DNA of 25,988 bases, taken from the IMG/VR virus record IMGVR_UViG_3300007754_000052, positions 1 to 25,988 of that record; one strand, written 5' to 3'. This document shows positions 1-9,049 of the stretch, piece by piece. The DNA comes from a virus. Taxonomy: Duplodnaviria; Caudoviricetes. Under the pieces are notes generated by a model, which saw only the letters and a program-made list of their open reading frames with translations, had not been told where the DNA came from and made no database searches. Numbering within the stretch: the first letter of the stretch is position 1; each line of letters opens with the position of its first letter. The translations under genes and the position numbers were made by a program.

Positions 1-15
1 AAAAGGGGAAGAGGT

Positions 16-396
16 ATGACTCAAGACGAACTACAAGATATAGTTGGTAAGAGACTGGGAACAAAACTAACAGCAACTACAGACAGGTATTGCAGCTTTG
101 ATTCATATGATGATAACTATGTGATAGAGCTTAAGTGTCGAAGGACACACTACGATACACAACTAATTGAACACAGGAAATATATAATAAACAAAAAAAC
201 CGCTGACGAGAGCGGTAAAGAATTTCTTTATGCTATATCCACACCAAAGGGTGAATACATATTTAATATATCACAACTGTGCGAAGACTGTTATAAGTTT
301 GGCTGGGAAGATAGACGTATGCCATCACACACAGACTTTTCAGGCACACCCATACTTAAGAAGGTAGGTTACATCAACGTGATTGACGCTTACTAG
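16..396 (+). CDS. PD-(D/E)xK superfamily nuclease (putative resolvase-like endonuclease)
   Basis: 126 aa with motif FD-x7-IELKCR, typical of the PD-(D/E)xK catalytic core; purine-rich RBS (GGGGAAGAGG) directly upstream; only credible plus-strand gene. Confidence 0.7.
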   Translation: MTQDELQDIVGKRLGTKLTATTDRYCSFDSYDDNYVIELKCRRTHYDTQLIEHRKYIINKKTADESGKEFLYAISTPKGEYIFNISQLCEDCYKFGWEDRRMPSHTDFSGTPILKKVGYINVIDAY

Positions 397-1028
397 AGAT
401 AAGAATTAAAATCTTCTACTGTTCGTTCTTGTCCTTGCCAATCCTCACCAGTCTTTCTTATCCACGCTCTTTCCATTCTTATACTCTGTTCATCACTAAG
501 TTTATGATTGAATTGTGCAGCTGGTCCTTTAGGGTCTTCACCCATAGCAACCAACATATCAAACATATTATCAAAAGTTACTTGTGTATCACTACCAAAA
601 GACTCTGAGTGTGGAGCAGATATTATCATTCCAGATGGTTTTCCTCCTTTAATCTTTAATCTGTGTGGAATACCCATACTCTTTAAATGATTTGTCATCA
701 TAGAAAGTTCACCACCACCTTCAGATACTCTTCTTAGAGCATCACCGAGAGAGTTTTCTTTATATCTAACTCTAGTGTTTCCAGCCCAGTCAGCATTTTG
801 TTTATCAAAGTCTGCACCAAGAACAGGTTTACGCTTGTTAGGTTCTAAAGCACTCAGTCTATCCCACTCTTTGTTTATTGCATTCCTTCTTTCACTATCA
901 GTAATGAGACCTGCTTTAAATTGTGCTGTTCTATTTGCTATTTCTTGGTCAATCTTCATCTGAAGTCCGGGGTCTTTAATCTTATTGGACTCGTTGAATC
1001 CCGGCACTATGTTAGTTCCACATCCCAT
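393..1028 (-). CDS. hypothetical protein, last gene of the late operon
   Basis: 211 aa; ATG overlaps the upstream TAA (TAATG at 1026-1030) with a G-rich RBS; no recognised motif. Confidence 0.6.
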   Translation of the reverse strand: MGCGTNIVPGFNESNKIKDPGLQMKIDQEIANRTAQFKAGLITDSERRNAINKEWDRLSALEPNKRKPVLGADFDKQNADWAGNTRVRYKENSLGDALRRVSEGGGELSMMTNHLKSMGIPHRLKIKGGKPSGMIISAPHSESFGSDTQVTFDNMFDMLVAMGEDPKGPAAQFNHKLSDEQSIRMERAWIRKTGEDWQGQERTVEDFNSYL

Positions 1029-4000
1029 TACTCACCCCCCTCAAAAGGTTTGAAGTATATACCTATTGGTCCTAGTGCACCATCAGCACTCTCAGCCAGC
1101 CAATCAATTAGATTAGGGAACGCTTCCATCTTCTCTTCCGGTACACCTGTATACATAGGAGTTATAATATCTTTCCAAGCTCTGTCAACAGCACCAATAG
1201 CTGTACCACCTAAGGAAGTAACAGCACCTTGGTGAAATCTACCAGCACCAGCAACCAATCCAAACGCACCAGTCAGACCAGCTCTATCCAGAGTCTCTCT
1301 CATTCCCGGTGCTTCAAAATCTGTCTGTCTTATAGCAGCTTTCATAGTCTCACCTATGTGTACTAATCCATAAGCCATAGCAATACCACCCACTGCACCT
1401 ATCGCAGCACCATAGTCAGGACTACATTGCTTTGGATTTAGTTTCCTTAATAATCTTTTCACTACTGTATTACCAAACACAATAGGGAATGTCTTAAGCT
1501 GTGCTATGATAGCGAGCTTAGGGTCTGACATCCACAAAGGTTTGTTGGTAGCCTTTGGGTGTACAACTACATCATCCACTACTTTATGTAACCAAGGAAT
1601 TAGCTTATCTCTTACAGTAATATCTCTGTCTGTATACTTAGCTTTCTTTGCTTTCTTTCCTTTCTGCTCAGGTCTTACTAAAACAGTATCAGTTCTTAAT
1701 ACTTCATCTAGTATTGTATCATTAGTTATATCAACTCTAACAACTCCATCAGCACCTCTGAACTTACTAACAATAGCATCAAATTCTTCATAGCTTATGC
1801 CATTCTCTTTGAGTTCACTATCTAGTCTACCCTTTTCTACATCGGATATGTTTCCTTTAATCCTAGCATTTGCTCTGCTATTGATATTACTTATCATAGC
1901 CTGTGCTGCCCAGTTTCTATTGAAGTTTGTCCACTGAGTAAGGAATCCACCGAGAGGACTTCTAAACCAAGCATTTAATACAGCGTTGTGGTCAGTAGCA
2001 AAGATTTGGTCTAGTCTTTCATTAACTCTTGGGTCTATATTAAATCCAAGTGTAGCCATAGCAATCTGCATCTCACCTCTAGGCACATACTTTCTAGGAA
2101 AACCTTTTCTCGCACCCTCAAGGCTATATCTTAAAGCCTTTGGTATAGTTCTTAGCATATGACTAAAGCCAGCTCTCTCACCAACCCAAGCAAGCTCAGT
2201 GATAGAGGATATGGTAGCTAATGCTAAGTGTGTCGCAGCACCTACAGTCGTTGCAACTTTGGATGCGGCTAGTACATTCTTACTGGTGTCTCTCTTATAT
2301 ACATTATGAGCAGCATCATATACATCATATACTTTATTCCTCTGTTCCAGAGTTAAGTTACCTGCTTTAACTAAAGTCTTTAATTCTTTTTCTAAGAGAC
2401 TAGCATTATCACCAAATGTCTGAGCAGATGCTACTCTTGTCGCAGCCTTCTGTAGATATTCAGTAATAACTCTCTCTACATTCTGTTCCCTGAAAGAGCC
2501 TAGACCCATCTCTTCTGCAACCTCATCAACAAATTCCCAAGCAGCACTACGAGACTTTTCAAATCCGGGCTTCTTCATAGCCTCTCTATCTTCTACAATC
2601 TTAAGTGCTTCCCTTGCAGTGAGTATGTTAGGGTCTATACCATTAACTATTTCATCAGCAATTCTTCTAGCTTCTGCTTCTGTGTAAGGTTTCCACTGTG
2701 TCTTAGCTGGACCAGCAGCAAAGGATTTTTCCCATCCTCTTTTACTAGCTTCCATAAGAACTTTAACAAAACCTTCTACATTATTTCTTACAGCATCCTT
2801 ACTTACAGGATTGGTCAAATAATTCTCAACCCAACCAATAGCTACTCCACTACTCTTCAAGTCTTTATGTGCTTTAGCGAGAATAGATTTTATAAACCTA
2901 ACATCAGCATCTATCTCTGACTTATTAATATGAGTCGGAAGATTAGCAGTTATAGGCTCACCTTTTATTGCCTGTATTAAATAATCATTAACATCAGGGT
3001 CAAATCTCTTACCAAAATTACCAGTCATAGCAAATGTTGTGGCGTACTTATTCAGAATATCAGTTACTCTTCCTAGATACTCACCAGTCTTCGTCTCTTT
3101 AACACTGAAGAAATTATCACCAGTCTTTTGTTCACCGCTGTATGTGCCAGTAGGTGCAAACATCTGATAAAGATTATTGGCAGCGTGAAACTCAGCACCT
3201 GTCGTAGCTTCATTCCTGAGTTTTATGATAGGTGCTAGTGGTTTAAACGCAGCACCTCTAACAGTAGTCTCACCTATTTCTTTTACATCTACACCAGTGA
3301 CCTTCTTAATAAACGCATTACCTTGCTTGGCTAACTTCTTAAAGTCAGAGTCATTCTCTGGTATATCAATTAATCCCTTTGCTTTAGTTGTATTATCAGG
3401 ACTTTCTTTTCTTAATAAGTCTCTATTAAATTGCTTTGCTAGTCTCTGAGCTGTACTTATATCTCTGTTCTGTTCTCTTGCTACACCCACAGCACCGGGA
3501 GCACCTACTATACCAACAGTAGGACCAGCAATGACTGCTTCCTCAAGTATGTCTTGCATACCTTCAGATGTTCCTATCTTGCCGGGGTCTACGGATGTTC
3601 CCATCTGCAAGGCTTTTTGTCCTGCTTCAGTTCCCATCTCAGTAGCTATCAATTTTCCAGAGAAAGAAGCACCCTTACCTACCTGTTTAAGTAGGGAATC
3701 TCTGTTTGTTTTTACTAATTTTTGTAGGACATTTCTGGTGTTTTGCACACCGCCCTTGCCAAAGGTCTTGGCTATAAGATTAGATGTTGCCTTAGCACCT
3801 TTGATTGGTGCAAGTAAATCCAGTGCTGAAACTCCTATACTTACAAGAGCTGCTTTCTGTTTCTCTGACGGAGTTAATTCTCTGCCAGCAATCTGTTCGT
3901 GTTCTTCTAATGTGTCTGCAAAGTTGGTATTATAGGTCATCGCCATAGTACCCCAGTGGATACCACTTCCTATTACCTTAGCTAAAGGATGAGGCATAGC

Positions 4001-4309
4001 TTTCATAAGATTACCTACAGCAAACCCGAACATAGGTACTACAGTATTCATAGAGTTAAGTGCTGCTCTTTCTTTCCACCATTCGACAGGCTGTTTAGTC
4101 TCAAGCAATCGCTCAGGTCTTTTATATCTAAAACCTTCTAGTGCTTTCTCTTGTGTTTCACCGAACTGTTTTATAGTTTCGGTATCTAAACCAAACATAT
4201 CTCCAAGTGTACTAGCACCTGTACTCTGCATAGATAACCACTGAGGCATAGATGCCTGTAAAGCAGTGAGCCTCTTTATACGCTCCTCTTCTTCAAAGGT
4301 ACGAGCCAC
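1028..4309 (-). CDS. large internal virion / DNA ejection protein (T7 gp16/P22 gp16-gp20 analog)
   Basis: 1093 aa, GTG start with GAGG RBS; helical, Ala/Gly-rich hydrophobic segments near both ends; last and largest of the post-nozzle genes, where podoviruses encode ejection proteins. Confidence 0.6.
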   Translation of the reverse strand: MARTFEEEERIKRLTALQASMPQWLSMQSTGASTLGDMFGLDTETIKQFGETQEKALEGFRYKRPERLLETKQPVEWWKERAALNSMNTVVPMFGFAVGNLMKAMPHPLAKVIGSGIHWGTMAMTYNTNFADTLEEHEQIAGRELTPSEKQKAALVSIGVSALDLLAPIKGAKATSNLIAKTFGKGGVQNTRNVLQKLVKTNRDSLLKQVGKGASFSGKLIATEMGTEAGQKALQMGTSVDPGKIGTSEGMQDILEEAVIAGPTVGIVGAPGAVGVAREQNRDISTAQRLAKQFNRDLLRKESPDNTTKAKGLIDIPENDSDFKKLAKQGNAFIKKVTGVDVKEIGETTVRGAAFKPLAPIIKLRNEATTGAEFHAANNLYQMFAPTGTYSGEQKTGDNFFSVKETKTGEYLGRVTDILNKYATTFAMTGNFGKRFDPDVNDYLIQAIKGEPITANLPTHINKSEIDADVRFIKSILAKAHKDLKSSGVAIGWVENYLTNPVSKDAVRNNVEGFVKVLMEASKRGWEKSFAAGPAKTQWKPYTEAEARRIADEIVNGIDPNILTAREALKIVEDREAMKKPGFEKSRSAAWEFVDEVAEEMGLGSFREQNVERVITEYLQKAATRVASAQTFGDNASLLEKELKTLVKAGNLTLEQRNKVYDVYDAAHNVYKRDTSKNVLAASKVATTVGAATHLALATISSITELAWVGERAGFSHMLRTIPKALRYSLEGARKGFPRKYVPRGEMQIAMATLGFNIDPRVNERLDQIFATDHNAVLNAWFRSPLGGFLTQWTNFNRNWAAQAMISNINSRANARIKGNISDVEKGRLDSELKENGISYEEFDAIVSKFRGADGVVRVDITNDTILDEVLRTDTVLVRPEQKGKKAKKAKYTDRDITVRDKLIPWLHKVVDDVVVHPKATNKPLWMSDPKLAIIAQLKTFPIVFGNTVVKRLLRKLNPKQCSPDYGAAIGAVGGIAMAYGLVHIGETMKAAIRQTDFEAPGMRETLDRAGLTGAFGLVAGAGRFHQGAVTSLGGTAIGAVDRAWKDIITPMYTGVPEEKMEAFPNLIDWLAESADGALGPIGIYFKPFEGGE

Positions 4310-4311
4310 TG

Positions 4312-5418
4312 TTAAGCTACCTCTTGTCTCTTATCGTACTTCTCTTTAGCTGCGTCATAGTATTCCATAACACTCTTACCCGGATATAGCTTTGCTAGAT
4401 TAACCATCTCAGCATATATTATAGCTGTTATATTTTCTACTTTGTCCTTATCAGCACCCCAAGTATACCACTTATCACCATATTCTTCTTGTACTAATTC
4501 TCTTATAGCTTCCATTCCAACTTTTCCACCTATATCAGAGAATGGTGAATCTGCTAACATAGACTTCTGAATACTAGCAGCAGTAGCAGCATTTTTGGTA
4601 GTCATCTCTGCCCACCTGTCTGCTGGACTGGTTGTATCTGCTCGTTGCTTAGGAGTCTGACCATAATAAGACAGAAGTTGTCCTATTTTTTCAACTCTAG
4701 TAAGTCCTGTTGCATCTGTTTCATCCCAGTATCCCGGCTCTTTCATCTTTTCCCAGAATCCTAAGTTGGCTACTCTGTCTTTTTCTGCTTGTAATTTAGC
4801 TGCTTCTAATGCTGCTGCATCTGCTACATTCTGTTCGTTTTCTTGTTTCTGAGTTGCAATAGCAGCAGCTCTTTCATCTCTAACCTGTTTCCTCTCTAAT
4901 CCAGCTTCAGTAAATGGAGCAAAGTAATCAACACCACCAGCACCTAACGCTGTTGCACCTGCTGCTCTTACTGGAGCAAATCTTCTAATGGTTTCTGTAG
5001 TTGTTCCTGCTGGCTTGGCTAAAGTCTCATAAGCACTTTTTGGCAAAGGTCCTCGATTCAAATTTTGTCCGGGTCTAAGAACTGCCTTTACAGCTGGTGT
5101 TTTCTTAGTAATCTCCACTGGTTTTTTATATAGTTTTTGAAACTGTTTAAAGAGTGCAGGAAGTCCTTTAGTAAGACCTGCTCTTGCAAGACCACCACCA
5201 TAGACAGCCATCATTCCTTCTAAACCAGCCTTAGTCCAGTCAAGATTACCACTGTCTGTTGTGTATCTGTCTTTTAAATATCTACCTATATCATCAACAC
5301 CTAGCTTTTGGTCTTCACCTAAAAAACTAGGTTGAGTGTCTGACCAAGTGCTGTTAATTGGACATTTTCCTTTTGCTCCCGGAACTGCCTGTCCATTATC
5401 ATTTCTTATACAAGGCAT
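4312..5418 (-). CDS. putative internal virion / ejection protein
   Basis: 368 aa, AAGGAG RBS; Ala/Gln coiled-coil segment; synteny within the ejection cluster. Confidence 0.45.
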   Translation of the reverse strand: MPCIRNDNGQAVPGAKGKCPINSTWSDTQPSFLGEDQKLGVDDIGRYLKDRYTTDSGNLDWTKAGLEGMMAVYGGGLARAGLTKGLPALFKQFQKLYKKPVEITKKTPAVKAVLRPGQNLNRGPLPKSAYETLAKPAGTTTETIRRFAPVRAAGATALGAGGVDYFAPFTEAGLERKQVRDERAAAIATQKQENEQNVADAAALEAAKLQAEKDRVANLGFWEKMKEPGYWDETDATGLTRVEKIGQLLSYYGQTPKQRADTTSPADRWAEMTTKNAATAASIQKSMLADSPFSDIGGKVGMEAIRELVQEEYGDKWYTWGADKDKVENITAIIYAEMVNLAKLYPGKSVMEYYDAAKEKYDKRQEVA

Positions 5419-5448
5419 TGTCTGTCTCCTTTATTAAATTCGTTCATC

Positions 5449-7587
5449 TTACAATCTCCATATACCACCTGTGCCATAGCTAGGAGACCAACTACTTCCT
5501 GTTGATACAGGAGCTGTATATGCTGGTTTAGCTGGTGCTGTATATACTGGTTGTCTTGCTTGTTCTCTGGCTTGTGTTCTAGCTTCTGCCTGTGCTCTAG
5601 CCTGTGCTTCTGCCTGTGCTTGAGCCTCTGCTGCTGCCTTAGCTGCTTGTGCTTTAGCTACTGCTTGTGCTTCTAAAACAGCATTTCTAGCTGCCAGCTG
5701 GTTTTTTATATATTTAGCTTGTTCTTCCTGTGCTTTTATGTCTCTCAACCTAGTTGCTTCAGCAGCCTTTTCATTTTCAACCTGTTGTGAATTATAAAAT
5801 TCTTCTTGTGCTTCAGTCGCAGATTTACCACTCATAAAATCTTCATCATATGAACCGGGAATATATGTTTCTAATCCCATATCATCCCACTGATTATGGT
5901 ATTCTCCAAACTTGTCTTGCCATATGAAGTTGTCTCCTCTGTCTGGTTCACGATAAGGATTGTCTGGGTCAAACTCCTCAAACGGGTCATCAAACAAAGT
6001 AGACCTTGGTTCTATAGGACTCTTATCCTGTGTAAATATATCTGGTATTCCCATTCTACCTACAATTTCTCCATCAACTACTTTTAAATCTGGTTCGATG
6101 AATAATCCATCCCTAAGTTCTTCGTCTGTTAAATTAGCCATCATCTGGTCAGCTTTAGCTTGAGCCAACACACCGTAGTCTGTTTCTGTCTTATCCTTGT
6201 ACTCTGAGACAATAGCATCCAATCCCGGATAGTCTGTAAACAAGCTAGGATTAGGTACAAACTCTTCATAGCTGGCATCTCCCGGTCTTCCTAAATCTAA
6301 ATCTCTGTTAAATAAATAGTTTCTTCTAGCATCTACCATTCCTAAATCATTTTCTGAGAAAGCAGATAATATACCCGGTTGCCCCGGTATTTCATTGCCT
6401 ACTAAATTGTCTCCTATAGGCATTTCTAAAGGCTTACCATATGTAAGTCTTTGCCTATCTATTGTTCTAAGAGGTTCAATGTGTGGATTGCCGAGACTTG
6501 AATACGGTGTTTTACCGTAGTTCATATCACTCAAAGCTCTTAACTGGTCAGCAGTAGGAGGAACAGCACCAGTGTCGTGCACACCCCCTCTATCCAGACC
6601 TGACTTGATAGCATTTTGATTAAGTATTTGTTCTTCAATTAGTTTGTCATTAGGACCGGGAAAATGTGTGAACACTGGGTCTAAACCAAAATAATCCAAC
6701 GTCTCTTGGTAAGTTAAATCTTTTCCACCCGGTCCAGTTCCTTGCGGTACTATATTAGCATTGCTAGTTCCAACATTAGGGTTGTTATTAGTAGGTGAAA
6801 CACCAGCTGGCATATCTACTGGAGGCAAACTAATAGCACCGTCTGCTATTCCTGTAGACTCTGGAGCAAATTGTCCAGTATAGTATGGATTGACCATATC
6901 AGTAGGTGTACCCCATATACTATAGTCAGCACCTTGGTATGGCAAGCCTTGACCGTATGTATATTCACTTAGACCACCCGGTCCAGTGTAATTAAATAAG
7001 GATGAGTCTCTGTATGCTGACAAATCTGGTGCATACATAGTTCCAGAGGGTGTGCGTTGTGATAAATCTTGTGACAGTAAAAATGGTTCTGATGGTGCTG
7101 AAACACCTCCACCACTATATCCACCTCCACCACCACCTCCAGCAGAATCCTGCTGATGCAATGCAAATAGTGCTGTGTTATAAGGTATATTATCTATACC
7201 CAATTCCCATCCGGGAAGTAGATTACCAACATTGTCATAACCTCTGTCACCAGAGTTGTGAGTACCTACAGTACTAATGTCTATTTCATCTGGCTTCCAA
7301 GGTCTTTGTTGTACAGCAGTTCCACCCATCGGAGTAGAAACATAAGGTCTGTCAGAACCTATACCAAAACCTTGAACTTCATTTGGAGTTCCATATATTG
7401 AGTCGTAATTATAATTAGCTACTGGAACAGTCATATTATTTTGTGTCTCAGCCACTGAAGGTTTAATCTGTGTTATTTCTGTTTCTGGTTCAGGACCTAT
7501 ATATCCCGGCTGTCCGGGCAATGCTGAATTGTGCCAAGCATCTTTTAAGTCTCCCCAAAAATTTACTATTCCATCACCAAAAGGCAT
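5449..7587 (-). CDS. low-complexity putative internal virion protein
   Basis: 712 aa, AAGGAG RBS; Pro/Gly/Asp-rich, poly-Gly linker, Ala/Gln coiled coil near the C-terminus; synteny. Confidence 0.45.
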   Translation of the reverse strand: MPFGDGIVNFWGDLKDAWHNSALPGQPGYIGPEPETEITQIKPSVAETQNNMTVPVANYNYDSIYGTPNEVQGFGIGSDRPYVSTPMGGTAVQQRPWKPDEIDISTVGTHNSGDRGYDNVGNLLPGWELGIDNIPYNTALFALHQQDSAGGGGGGGYSGGGVSAPSEPFLLSQDLSQRTPSGTMYAPDLSAYRDSSLFNYTGPGGLSEYTYGQGLPYQGADYSIWGTPTDMVNPYYTGQFAPESTGIADGAISLPPVDMPAGVSPTNNNPNVGTSNANIVPQGTGPGGKDLTYQETLDYFGLDPVFTHFPGPNDKLIEEQILNQNAIKSGLDRGGVHDTGAVPPTADQLRALSDMNYGKTPYSSLGNPHIEPLRTIDRQRLTYGKPLEMPIGDNLVGNEIPGQPGILSAFSENDLGMVDARRNYLFNRDLDLGRPGDASYEEFVPNPSLFTDYPGLDAIVSEYKDKTETDYGVLAQAKADQMMANLTDEELRDGLFIEPDLKVVDGEIVGRMGIPDIFTQDKSPIEPRSTLFDDPFEEFDPDNPYREPDRGDNFIWQDKFGEYHNQWDDMGLETYIPGSYDEDFMSGKSATEAQEEFYNSQQVENEKAAEATRLRDIKAQEEQAKYIKNQLAARNAVLEAQAVAKAQAAKAAAEAQAQAEAQARAQAEARTQAREQARQPVYTAPAKPAYTAPVSTGSSWSPSYGTGGIWRL
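5560..5670 (-). repeat. imperfect short tandem repeats encoding AQA(Q/E/R/K)-type helix
   Basis: recurring gcctgtgct / gcttgtgct units on the + strand; encodes AQAVAKAQAAKAAAEAQAQAEAQARAQAEARTQAREQ. Confidence 0.6.
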
Positions 7588-7596
7588 ATTATCTCC

Positions 7597-8394
7597 TTAT
7601 CTTAATGTTCCATAGGCTGAGACAAGACCACCTAAGTTACTCATCAAACTTGCACCCGGACTTGTTGAAATCATTTGACCTGCGTTGCCTACTAGTGGAC
7701 TGAATCCTGCAATACCTGCTTGGTACTGATTGAATTTATCATATGGCAATCCTTGTTCAAAGTCGTGCTGTAGCTGTGCATCACTTATCAGTGCCTGTTC
7801 TCTAGCCTGCTGTTGAGCACCTGACTGACCAAGAGCACTATAAGGATTAAATCCTGCACTCATAAGACCACCAGTCATACCTAATGTATTAGCCTGATGT
7901 CCTAATCCTTGACCATATGCCTGACCATAAATACCAGCAGCCGCTTGGTTTGCGGCATCAGCAGCTCCAGCAAGTGCAGTACCTTCTGCAATACCCTGCC
8001 TACCACCACCATATCCACCACTGGCAATAGCACCACTTCTAATATTTGCCAGTTCTGGTGTTAGAGCACCCATAGCTCTATCAGCAGCAGCCTGTGCCAT
8101 TCCTGTAACGTATGGATTGTTAGCAACATCTAGCATATCAGCACCTGTACCTCTTTGATAGGCACTCAATGCTGGGTTCATAATACTTGGAGCACCTTGT
8201 ACTGCAAAGTCTCTTATGCCTTGTTGTGCTGTCAACTGGTCTGGACTAAACCCTGCCTGTGTCTGACCACTATAATATTGAGGCGTATAATCGTTGTAAA
8301 GATTCTGTGCTTCTTTGAAGCCACCTTGCATATAGGGTACAGCTACATCCCACGGGTCTGCATTGACTGTTTCTGTATCTGGACTCTTTGACAT
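7597..8394 (-). CDS. putative DNA pilot/ejection protein (P22 gp7 / T7 gp14 position)
   Basis: 265 aa, G/A/Q-rich, motifs GGYGGGRQGIAEG and C-terminal LGGLVSAYG; first gene after the GNAT-like gene. Confidence 0.55.
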   Translation of the reverse strand: MSKSPDTETVNADPWDVAVPYMQGGFKEAQNLYNDYTPQYYSGQTQAGFSPDQLTAQQGIRDFAVQGAPSIMNPALSAYQRGTGADMLDVANNPYVTGMAQAAADRAMGALTPELANIRSGAIASGGYGGGRQGIAEGTALAGAADAANQAAAGIYGQAYGQGLGHQANTLGMTGGLMSAGFNPYSALGQSGAQQQAREQALISDAQLQHDFEQGLPYDKFNQYQAGIAGFSPLVGNAGQMISTSPGASLMSNLGGLVSAYGTLR

Positions 8395-8801
8395 TATCTT
8401 ATCTCCTTAGCGAATAATCTTGTTATCTCTTTGTAATCTATATCTTTGAGTGCTCTTCCCCATCCTTTTCTTCCAAATAGTTCTATGTACTCACAGTTAT
8501 GTTCTTTTCCAAATGCGTTTAAGAGTGCATCTGCTTCATCTCTCCATTCTTGGAACTCATCGCCACCTAATAAGATGACACAGAGTAAATTCTTTTGTGG
8601 ATATTTGGCTATCTTGGTAATGAAAGTACCTTTCACTTCTCTATCCATTTTCACCCAGAGCTGCATATCCTTTGATATACAGGACTTTTTTATATCCCCT
8701 ATACTATACTCCCCTAAACCATATTCAAGGGCTGTAATCAAGTATTCTTCAACGAGAGACCACCAAGCCTCTATATTCTCCCCCTTAATCCCTTCAATCA
8801 A
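8394..8801 (-). CDS. GNAT-fold acetyltransferase-like virion assembly protein (T7 gp13 / P22 gp14 position)
   Basis: 135 aa, TTG start overlapping the upstream TGA, GGAG RBS; motif CEYIELFGRKGWGRAL; lies between tail and ejection genes. Confidence 0.55.
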   Translation of the reverse strand: MIEGIKGENIEAWWSLVEEYLITALEYGLGEYSIGDIKKSCISKDMQLWVKMDREVKGTFITKIAKYPQKNLLCVILLGGDEFQEWRDEADALLNAFGKEHNCEYIELFGRKGWGRALKDIDYKEITRLFAKEIR

Positions 8802-9049
8802 AGTTTACTCCACGCTCCTGTGCTTAAGTAAATATATATACCCTCTCCTGTACTTCCCGGATTCCAGTTTGAGCCATCTGCATATCTTATGTCACCTGTT
8901 CTTGGCTTATCTGGTGCAGCATTGCTGACATCAAAATGTCCATCAGCAATATTATTTATAATACGAGACATCCTACTAAATTCTTGTCTCAAGTATGCAG
9001 GTATGTCCTCTGCATTATCCGGAACAGGTGATGGTTCGTAACGAATCAT
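8798..9049 (-). CDS. small tail protein (putative needle/plug)
   Basis: 83 aa; short helix followed by PDKPRTGDIRYADGSNWNPG..GEGIYIY...W, reminiscent of trimerising tip domains; ATGA overlap with the nozzle gene. Confidence 0.4.
   Translation of the reverse strand: MIRYEPSPVPDNAEDIPAYLRQEFSRMSRIINNIADGHFDVSNAAPDKPRTGDIRYADGSNWNPGSTGEGIYIYLSTGAWSKL

Noticed and set aside
1026-1045. G-run (GAG GGG GGT GAG TAA TG) as a -1 frameshift fusing the 1093-aa and 211-aa proteins
   Set aside because: The -1 frame meets TGA immediately after the G-run; the run is better explained as the RBS of the next gene.
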